From positions 1-34,644 of the forward strand of contig JAEZRL010000510.1 of NCBI GenBank assembly GCA_023440945.1: a stretch of DNA of 34,644 bases, given 5' to 3'. The notes under the pieces were generated by a model. The model worked only from the letters and a program-made list of their open reading frames with translations, was not told where the DNA came from and did no database searches. The number at the start of each line of letters is the position of its first letter. Position 1 is the first letter of the stretch. Below, in pieces: positions 26,704 through 34,028 of the stretch. The position numbers and the translations under genes are program-made. Source of the stretch: Bacteroidota bacterium (GTDB lineage Bacteria > Bacteroidota > Bacteroidia > Chitinophagales > Chitinophagaceae).

Positions 26704-26729
26704 TGAAATATGAGTATAATCATATTTCA
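26704..26729. promoter_or_regulatory. Perfect inverted repeat TGAAATATGA-gtataa-TCATATTTCA (candidate CRP/FNR-family operator)
   Basis: Two 10-bp arms with a 6-bp spacer, i.e. TATGA-N6-TCATA spacing like CRP-type sites. Lies 43 nt upstream of the ATG at 26772. A TAnnTTTA box (26746-26753) follows. Confidence 0.5.
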
Positions 26730-26771
26730 ACAAATTACACTAAGGTACTTTTATGCTTCAAAAATTCTGAT

Positions 26772-28004
26772 ATGAATACAATTGATACCTTGTTTGTACC
26801 TGATTTACAGCCAGCTTTAAAGCATCCAACCATCCTGAAAAAGTTTGATGATTTAAACAACGGTGATTCATTTTTATTAGTTAACGATCATGATCCTATA
26901 CCCTTATATTATGAAATGAAAGCAGAGAAAGGAGATGTGTTTGAATGGAAAAAAATTGAAAGCGGTCCTGAAGTTTGGAAAGTGGAGATAACAAAAAAGA
27001 ACAATTCATCCTGTTCTGTTAACCCTATAAAGGAAGAAGAAACAAAACAGAAAGAAAAAGAAGAAACGTTTGTTTTAAATGTAACGCTCATTGAGCCTAA
27101 ACTAAAGCATCCTACCATCTTCAAACATTTTGATGCGTTGGAAGAAGGGAGGGCTTTCCAGATATTAAATGATCATGATCCAAAGCCTTTGTATTACCAA
27201 TTATTGGGCGAAAGAGGAAATATTTTCACCTGGACTTACCTCGAAAAAGGTCCGCAATGGTGGCGTGTACAAATAAAAAAGAATGATTCGCAAAGTGGTG
27301 AAACTGTTGGCGAGATTGCAGCGAAAGATCTGCGCAAAGCAGAAGTGTTTAAAAAATATGGAATTGATTTTTGCTGCGGCGGAAAGAAATCTTTGAAACA
27401 AGCCTGCGAAGAAAAAGGCATTGATGTAGCTGTTGTGGAAGCTGAGTTACAGAATCCAACACAACAGGTTCAATCTGCAAATAATTATAATGCATGGGAA
27501 CCCGATTTTTTAGCTGATTATATTTACAATCAGCATCATCTTTATTATTACAATGAAGTGCCACGCATACAGGAAGTGTTTGCAAAAGTAGTTGGTCATC
27601 ATGGCGCTAATCATCCTGAGCTGAAATATTTATACCAGCTTTTTGGCGAATTACTGCAGGAATTGAATGTTCATTTTATGCGTGAAGAAAAAGTGGTGTT
27701 TCCATTTATCAAAGCACTTGTTACTGCAAAAAGAAGTGGTAATCGTGATGCTCTGAATAGTCAGCCTTCACTTACTGAACCCGTTAGAATGATGGAAGTG
27801 GATCACGAAGCAGCAGGCGATATTTTAGCTGAAATGAAACAGGTTGCAAAGGATTATAATCCACCAGCAGATGCCTGCAACAGTTATCAATTTCTATATA
27901 AGAAATTAAATGAACTGGATGAAGATCTGCATCAGCATATTCATCTTGAAAACAATATTCTCTTTCCAAAAGCATTGAAGCTGGAACTGGAATTGCGCAA
28001 ATAA
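26772..28004 (+). CDS. Fusion protein: two DUF2249 domains + iron-sulfur cluster repair di-iron protein (RIC/ScdA/YtfE-type)
   Basis: Start at MNTIDTLF. Two copies of the pattern KHPTI..FD.L..G..F.L.NDHDP.PLYY......G..F.W.....GP..W.V.I.K (DUF2249). These are followed by the ScdA_N motif YGIDFCCGG and hemerythrin-type His/Glu motifs (HHLYYYNEV, HFMREEKVVFP, EVDHEAAG, HQHIHLENNILFP). Confidence 0.8.
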   Translation: MNTIDTLFVPDLQPALKHPTILKKFDDLNNGDSFLLVNDHDPIPLYYEMKAEKGDVFEWKKIESGPEVWKVEITKKNNSSCSVNPIKEEETKQKEKEETFVLNVTLIEPKLKHPTIFKHFDALEEGRAFQILNDHDPKPLYYQLLGERGNIFTWTYLEKGPQWWRVQIKKNDSQSGETVGEIAAKDLRKAEVFKKYGIDFCCGGKKSLKQACEEKGIDVAVVEAELQNPTQQVQSANNYNAWEPDFLADYIYNQHHLYYYNEVPRIQEVFAKVVGHHGANHPELKYLYQLFGELLQELNVHFMREEKVVFPFIKALVTAKRSGNRDALNSQPSLTEPVRMMEVDHEAAGDILAEMKQVAKDYNPPADACNSYQFLYKKLNELDEDLHQHIHLENNILFPKALKLELELRK

Positions 28005-28014
28005 ATTTCTCAAA

Positions 28015-28060
28015 CATGTTCCGGTGACTATAACCGGAGCATGTTCGTTGTTTATTTTTT
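28015..28060 (+). terminator. Terminator after the RIC fusion gene
   Basis: CATGTTCCGG-tgactataa-CCGGAGCATG (10 bp including one G-T pair) followed by TTCGTTGTTTATTTTTT. Confidence 0.65.
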
Positions 28061-28132
28061 GTACCCCGCTTTTGAATATGCATCAAGCTTTGGTTGCGTC
28101 GCACACTTGTACTTCCGGTTCTTTAGCAACAA
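28055..28132 (-). repeat. Intergenic repeat family, copy G
   Basis: Minus-strand core CAAGTGTGCGACGCAAC (28093-28109), with TTGTTGCT upstream and GCGGGGTAC + A6 downstream. Lies antisense between two plus-strand genes. Confidence 0.8.
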
Positions 28133-28161
28133 TTAAACAGAATTGAATTTAGTTTTATAAA

Positions 28162-28968
28162 ATGATCATCAATGCAAATACAAAAATTGCTTCTATTTTA
28201 AAAGAGAATGCAAATGCATTAGAGGCAATTGTAAGTCTTAGTCCAAAGTTTGAAAAGCTGCGTATTCCTTTGCTTCGTAAGGTGATGGCGCCGAGAACAA
28301 CTTTGGCAACAGCATCAAAAATGGGTGGTTGTACGTTAGACGATCTTTATAAAAGACTAGAACCACTTGGCTTTAAAGCCGACAAGCAAACAAAAGCTGA
28401 AGAAGATGAGCCGGTGCAAATTCCTGATTTTGTAAAATCACTTACTCAAATAAAGGTTATTGATTTAGATGTTCGTCCAATTATTTCTTCTGGCAGCGAT
28501 CCATTGAAAATGATAATGGAAGAAGTAAAAAAAATAAAACCGGGAGAAGCACTGAAGATCATCAACAGTTTCAAACCAACACCTTTGATAACCATGTTAC
28601 AGAAAAAAGGTTTTGAAACATATAGCGATACTATTTCAGACGATCTTTTCGAAACTTACTTTTATAAGAAAGCAGATACCAGCATTGAAAACGTAGAAGA
28701 AGAAAAACCAGCGAGCAACGATTGGGAAAGTGTACTTAAAGAGTTTAAGGATAAGCTTCAAAACATTGATGTAAGGCATTTGCAGATGCCGCAGCCAATG
28801 CTCACTATTCTTGATGCATTAGAACATCTTCCCCAAGGCAATGCATTATACGTTTACCATAAACGCATACCTGTTTACCTGTTACCAGAGTTGGCAGAAA
28901 AAGGTTTTGAATACCGGATAAAAGAAATAAAAGAAGGCGAAGTGCATCTTCTAATTTTTAAACAATAA
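28162..28968 (+). CDS. DUF1858 domain protein with two DUF2249/TusA-like modules
   Basis: 268 aa. The N-terminus (IASILKENANALEAIVSLSPKFEKLRIPLLRKVMAPRTTLATASKMGG) follows the DUF1858 pattern. It is followed by LDVRPIISSGSDPLKMIMEEVKKIKPGEAL and IDVRHLQMPQPMLTILDALEHLPQGNALYVYHKRIPVYLLPELAEKGF. Domain names are from recollection. Confidence 0.65.
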   Translation: MIINANTKIASILKENANALEAIVSLSPKFEKLRIPLLRKVMAPRTTLATASKMGGCTLDDLYKRLEPLGFKADKQTKAEEDEPVQIPDFVKSLTQIKVIDLDVRPIISSGSDPLKMIMEEVKKIKPGEALKIINSFKPTPLITMLQKKGFETYSDTISDDLFETYFYKKADTSIENVEEEKPASNDWESVLKEFKDKLQNIDVRHLQMPQPMLTILDALEHLPQGNALYVYHKRIPVYLLPELAEKGFEYRIKEIKEGEVHLLIFKQ

Positions 28969-30257
28969 TGGCAGGTTTTATAAACGATACAAGCGCAGTT
29001 AGAAATACTTCTTACAAAATTGTTGTTCCCTTTTATGTTTATGCTGCACTTTCTTTTTTAACGGCAACACTGCTTTTATTTTTTTCTTCGCATGCTTTTA
29101 CTGGCCATTATTTTCAACCACATATTCTTGCCGTTACGCATACCATGGCTTTGGGTTGGGGAACGATGATTATTTTAGGTGCAAGTTATCAGCTTGTTCC
29201 TGTTTTAATAGAAGCTGAATTACACAGCAATCTTCTTGCTTATTTATCCTTTGCCTTTGCAGCATTAGGCATACCACTTTTAGTGTTTGCATTTTATACT
29301 TTCCAGCTACATTGGATAGCTATTGCAGGAGCCGTTTTTATCAACGGAGCAATACTTTTTTATGTTATCAATTTAGCGCTTAGTCTTTCAAAAAGTAAAA
29401 ATGAAAATGTTCACGCCGTTTTTGTCCTTACCGCATCATTGTGGCTTTTTATTACAACCTTAATTGGCTTATTACTTGTTTGTAATTTCACGCATTCCAT
29501 TTTTACTAAAGATTCTTTACATTATTTATCCCTTCATGCTCATATCGGCATTGTTGGCTGGTTTTTATTGTTAATTACAGGCGTTGGTTCAAGATTGATA
29601 CCTATGTTTCTTATCTCAAAATATGATAATCCAAAACGACTTTGGTTAATTTATTATTTAATAAATATTGGTTTGGTTTTATTTATCATCTTTTTCTTTT
29701 TAAACTTTTCTGTAATTATTTACCTGCTTCCTGTTATCGCTTTATTAGCAGCATTAGTATTGTTCATTTTATATTGCAGAAAAGCTTACAAACTGCGTAT
29801 CCGCAAAAAAGTAGATGAGCAAATGAAGCTTTCTCTTCTTTCTGTTTTGATGGTATTGCTTCCTGTTATTGTGTTGCTTGTATTGATAATTTTATTGTTG
29901 TTTACTGAAATGAATGTAAAGCTGGTACTTGTTTATGGTTTCACTATTTTCTTTGGATGGATAACAGCTATCATTTTTGGAATGACCTTTAAAACACTTC
30001 CTTTCATCATCTGGAATAAAAATTATCATGATAAGGCAGGCAATATAAAAACGCCCAATCCGAAAGATCTTTTCAGTGACACAATTTTTAAAAGCATGGG
30101 CTGGAGTTATTTAACAGGCTTTGGTCTTTTTGTTGCCGGTATATTAATGTCGAACAATTTTGTTTTGCAGATAGCAACGATTTTATTGCTTTTGACAGCG
30201 ATTTTATACAACTGGAATGTATTGAAATTACTCATGCATAAACCCGTGATGAAATGA
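28968..30257 (+). CDS. 12-TM membrane protein resembling heme-copper oxidase subunit I (function unknown)
   Basis: 429 aa with about 12 hydrophobic helices. Motif (H)-x4-GW-x6-G-x4/5-L-x-P recurs in TM2, TM6 and TM10, with His in TM2 (THT) and a His pair in TM6 (LHAHIG). The start overlaps the upstream stop (TAATG). Confidence 0.6.
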   Translation: MAGFINDTSAVRNTSYKIVVPFYVYAALSFLTATLLLFFSSHAFTGHYFQPHILAVTHTMALGWGTMIILGASYQLVPVLIEAELHSNLLAYLSFAFAALGIPLLVFAFYTFQLHWIAIAGAVFINGAILFYVINLALSLSKSKNENVHAVFVLTASLWLFITTLIGLLLVCNFTHSIFTKDSLHYLSLHAHIGIVGWFLLLITGVGSRLIPMFLISKYDNPKRLWLIYYLINIGLVLFIIFFFLNFSVIIYLLPVIALLAALVLFILYCRKAYKLRIRKKVDEQMKLSLLSVLMVLLPVIVLLVLIILLLFTEMNVKLVLVYGFTIFFGWITAIIFGMTFKTLPFIIWNKNYHDKAGNIKTPNPKDLFSDTIFKSMGWSYLTGFGLFVAGILMSNNFVLQIATILLLLTAILYNWNVLKLLMHKPVMK

Positions 30258-30580
30258 GTGAAGTAATAACCAACAATAATATCAAATGCACTATTGCGTT
30301 AGCAGCATTACAACATGTAATTGACCCTGAAATAGGATTAAATATTGTTGACCTTGGCCTGGTTTATCAAATTGATTTTGATGAAGAAGGTAAAGAAATT
30401 TTCATTTCGATGACGCTTACCACGCAATACTGCCCGATGGGTGCAAGTATAAGAGATGGCGCAGAAAGAGCATTGCAAAATGCTTTCCCCGATTATTTCA
30501 TACATCTTGAATTAGTATTTGATCCACCGTGGAGACCAGATAGAATTTCTGAAGAAGGCCAGGCATTTTTGAACCAATAA
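30254..30580 (+). CDS. DUF59 (MIP18/SufT-like) metal-sulfur cluster assembly factor
   Basis: 108 aa. IDPEIGLNIVDLGLVY....MTLTTQYCPMG is the canonical DUF59 pattern. The start overlaps the upstream stop (ATGA). Confidence 0.85.
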   Translation: MSEVITNNNIKCTIALAALQHVIDPEIGLNIVDLGLVYQIDFDEEGKEIFISMTLTTQYCPMGASIRDGAERALQNAFPDYFIHLELVFDPPWRPDRISEEGQAFLNQ

Positions 30581-30700
30581 TTCAAGTCCTATTATGAATT
30601 GAAAAGCTTAACCTTCATTAGCGGAGTTTTTTAACATTAATACCATTTTCTATTATAAGCAGGGTTCAGTTTTTGATGTCTGTAACATAAATTATATGTT

Positions 30701-30805
30701 ATGTTTAGTATGCTTTTTTTCATTTTTGTTGCAATGATTGTTCTTGCTGTTTTTATTTTTATATGGGTAAGACGGCAACAGCATAAAAACAATACCCTGC
30801 GATAG
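30701..30805 (+). CDS. Possible 34-aa single-TM peptide (unannotated small ORF)
   Basis: ATG..TAG encoding MFSMLFFIFVAMIVLAVFIFIWVRRQQHKNNTLR, a hydrophobic helix followed by a basic tail. Lies 120 nt downstream of the DUF59 gene on the same strand. No other support. Confidence 0.25.
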   Translation: MFSMLFFIFVAMIVLAVFIFIWVRRQQHKNNTLR

Positions 30806-30895
30806 TTGAAAGATGAATAATTCTATTCAAATAAGTTTTTCTGCTTTTCCTGTATAAAATACTCATCTTATACAACATGCTTTTATAGTTGTATG

Positions 30896-32050
30896 TTACC
30901 ACTTAACAACTGTAAAAACAATAGAAGAATAATTGTTCTTTTCATACAATATTCCAATCCTTTTATTATCGAGTTGCACAATATCACTATAAGCTGAATT
31001 ATCTGCTGCGCCTGTTTTATCAATCACAACATTTTTTTGCCAGGTTTTACCATCATCAAAGCTTATACGCAAGGTTAGGTTATCTCTTATTGAAGTATCA
31101 GCGTTATTGCAGAAGGCGAGTATATTTTTCTGTTTTTTCTTTCCGATCGTAAGAATGCTTCCTTCGCAAACAGGATCAGGAAGTTGTTCATCAAAATAAG
31201 CTGTATCCCATTTCACGCCGCCATTATTGCTTATGGCAACGATTCTTGATTTGATATCGCCTTTTTGGTTGCGGATATTCATCATAAGCTTATTGTTTGA
31301 TAAGGCTGCTGCTGTTGCTTCATTACTGCCATCAATAGGAATATTATCACTTAAGTGAAAAGTTTTTCCGTGATCATCCGTATAAAAACCATGCGCTTTG
31401 TAATCAGAAAAATCTGGCATTGGCTCGCCTTCTGAATGATTAGCTGCCACATACATTCTTCCTTTATAATTTCCTTCTTCAAACTGCATTGCATGGCCGG
31501 GAGTGTTCGCATAACTTCTCCAATCTTCTGTGAAATTGTAAGCACTATTTATTGAAGGCTGTTTTGGTTTATGAACTTCTAAAGTTATGTTCACTGCATC
31601 ACTCCATGTTTCGCCATTATCCGTTGATGTTTTATACCAAACTTCACGCAAACCATTTCCTTTTCTCACTTCGTGTTCATTGTTATTGCCTGTGTTATAA
31701 AATAAAAATATTCTTCCGTTTGAATAAGCCGGATCACTTCTGTCAACAACAGGTGCAGGATTACCTGCTTGTTTTGTTTTATTGTCCGCAATTACCTTCA
31801 AAACGCTCCAGGTTTTTCCGCCATCCTTACTTCTCTTCATTACAATATCTACATCACCGTAATCCGCTGCATTATCAACTCTGCCTTCACAAAAAGCAAG
31901 AAGATCGTTATTGGGAGCACGAATAATTGCCGGAATGCGATAACTTTTATATCCATCCATTCCCGAAACAAAAACTGGAATAATTTGTTGCGATAACACT
32001 GTTATAGAAATGGAAACAAGCGCAATTGTTATCAACAGTAATTTCTTCAT
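30896..32050 (-). CDS. Exo-alpha-sialidase (GH33, BNR/Asp-box repeats)
   Basis: 384 aa with a signal peptide and an FRIP-type motif YRIP. Asp-boxes are SKDGGKTW, STDNGETW, TDDHGKTF, SNNGGVKW and SFDDGKTW. Confidence 0.88.
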   Translation of the reverse strand: MKKLLLITIALVSISITVLSQQIIPVFVSGMDGYKSYRIPAIIRAPNNDLLAFCEGRVDNAADYGDVDIVMKRSKDGGKTWSVLKVIADNKTKQAGNPAPVVDRSDPAYSNGRIFLFYNTGNNNEHEVRKGNGLREVWYKTSTDNGETWSDAVNITLEVHKPKQPSINSAYNFTEDWRSYANTPGHAMQFEEGNYKGRMYVAANHSEGEPMPDFSDYKAHGFYTDDHGKTFHLSDNIPIDGSNEATAAALSNNKLMMNIRNQKGDIKSRIVAISNNGGVKWDTAYFDEQLPDPVCEGSILTIGKKKQKNILAFCNNADTSIRDNLTLRISFDDGKTWQKNVVIDKTGAADNSAYSDIVQLDNKRIGILYEKNNYSSIVFTVVKW

Positions 32051-32071
32051 GAATTGATTTTAGCGGAAAAG

Positions 32072-33340
32072 TTAACTAAACTGAGAAAGATTTAGTTTCG
32101 GGTCTAATCTATCACCTGAAAAATACACTTCATCCCAGGTCATTTCTCTTTGTCTTGTAGCAGAATCTCTTCCAAGAATGGCGGTAAGTGTTGATTCTGC
32201 TCCGGATCGTGTTTCATTCAAATAATTTCCTGTTTCAATGCTTTTTACAAAAGCTATGTCTTTATTTGAATCCGCATCATGCAGCGAAGAACTAAAAACG
32301 CCTGATGCTCTTTGCTGCTCAGTAAGTTCAGCCGCACTTTTTGCAATGCCGGAATCCCATTTATTTTCTCCTTCAATAAAAACACCGCCGCTGTAGTGTG
32401 CTTCTGCAAAACCTTTCGTGCCGAGAAATCTGCAGCACACATCCCCAAATGCGGGTCCTACTTTTGTTGTGTGTATGCTTACGTTTACATTATTCGGATA
32501 TTGATAAACAACCTGGAAATTACTAAATGTATCGCCAAGGTCGGGAAGACCTGAATCGTTTGCTCTTCCAATTGCATTCAAGGGATGATTTTTTAATGCC
32601 CAGTTACAAACATCAAGCATGTGAATACCCTGGTCTAAAATAATATCTCCGCACATAGCACGATAAAAATAATGATTCCGTATTCTTACTTCATCATAGG
32701 ATGCATTCTTATTCACTGGTACCCATGTTGCACCTGATGAAAGATAATAAAGCTGTACAGTTATCAAATCGCCAATATCACCACGCTGAATTCTGTTAAC
32801 CATTTCTGCATACGCACTTGCATAACGTATCTGGAAACCGATTGCCACACTTTGTTTGCCATTTAATTTTTGTCCGGCTTCTATCACTCTTCTGCATCCG
32901 TCTGCATCCGTTGCAACAGGTTTTTCGCAATACACATGTTTTCCTGCAGCGACAGCAGCTTCAAGAAATTCAACATGACTATATGCAGGAGAAGAGATAA
33001 GCACTGCATCCACATCTTTGTTATTTAACAATTGCAGATAGGCTTTTGAACCACGATAAATATTTTGTTTGCTCAATGCAGGAAAATTTTTCTTTGTATT
33101 CAATTCATTAAAATTTTTTTCTCCTGCCAGAAGTTTATCTTCGAAAAGATCTGCAATGGCAATAATGTTCGTGTTTGTATTTGCAGATATGGAAGATATT
33201 ACGGCTGTACCCCTGTTGCCACAGCCGATAACACCAAAACGTATAGCAGAATTAGCTTTTGATCCGAAAACAATGTCTGGTCTTAAAATAGAAAAAGCAG
33301 AGATAGTGGCGGTGCTTTTAATAAAATTTCTTCTTTGCAT
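32072..33340 (-). CDS. Gfo/Idh/MocA family oxidoreductase with Tat signal (GH109-like architecture)
   Basis: Start chosen at MQRRNFIKSTATISAFSIL (twin-arginine motif); the track starts 16 codons earlier. Rossmann motif IRFGVIGCGNRG. Confidence 0.8.
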   Translation of the reverse strand: MQRRNFIKSTATISAFSILRPDIVFGSKANSAIRFGVIGCGNRGTAVISSISANTNTNIIAIADLFEDKLLAGEKNFNELNTKKNFPALSKQNIYRGSKAYLQLLNNKDVDAVLISSPAYSHVEFLEAAVAAGKHVYCEKPVATDADGCRRVIEAGQKLNGKQSVAIGFQIRYASAYAEMVNRIQRGDIGDLITVQLYYLSSGATWVPVNKNASYDEVRIRNHYFYRAMCGDIILDQGIHMLDVCNWALKNHPLNAIGRANDSGLPDLGDTFSNFQVVYQYPNNVNVSIHTTKVGPAFGDVCCRFLGTKGFAEAHYSGGVFIEGENKWDSGIAKSAAELTEQQRASGVFSSSLHDADSNKDIAFVKSIETGNYLNETRSGAESTLTAILGRDSATRQREMTWDEVYFSGDRLDPKLNLSQFS

Positions 33341-33500
33341 GATCTTGTTCGTTAGATTTTGGTAAGATGATAAGAAAACATGATTCATCTAATATATTTC
33401 AAAACATTTATATGGCAAGTTTTATACAGATATAACCGTTTGAAATATTCGAAAGATGCGCTAAGCAATTTTTTATATTGCAGTATAAACCAAACACATT

Positions 33501-33971
33501 ATGAGAAATTTTACAGGCTTTGTTGCAATGCTCCTGCTTTTTGCATCATGCAATACAACGATAAGCAGGGAAGAAACAAAAACTTCAAAACTACCGATAG
33601 AAGGCACGTGGAAATTACTTACAGGAACACTTGTTGAAAAAGGAGATACAACTGTTACCGATTATACAAAAGGGAAGGAATTTATAAAGATCATTAACGC
33701 AACGCATTTTGCTTTTTTAAGCCATGATCTCAATAAAGGAAAAGATTCTGCTACTGCTGAATATTCATCCGGTGGTGGAACTTACACTTTGAATGATGAT
33801 GCTTATACAGAAAATCTTGAATATTGCAGTGCAAGAGAATGGGAAGGAAACAGCTTTAATTTTATAATTACTATTAATAATGATACATTGATACAACAAG
33901 GCGTAGAAAAGATTGACAGTCTTGGCGTTAACAGGATAAACACAGAGAAATATGTTCGTGTGAAAAATTGA
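33501..33971 (+). CDS. Lipocalin-like lipoprotein (hypothetical)
   Basis: 156 aa with lipobox LLFASC. GTWKLLTG...THFAF...GGGTYTL resembles lipocalin-like domain proteins of Bacteroidota. Confidence 0.55.
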   Translation: MRNFTGFVAMLLLFASCNTTISREETKTSKLPIEGTWKLLTGTLVEKGDTTVTDYTKGKEFIKIINATHFAFLSHDLNKGKDSATAEYSSGGGTYTLNDDAYTENLEYCSAREWEGNSFNFIITINNDTLIQQGVEKIDSLGVNRINTEKYVRVKN

Positions 33972-34028
33972 TGTGGGATAAAATCTTGTTATATAGAATT
34001 GAATACGTTTAATAGTAAATCCAAAATT

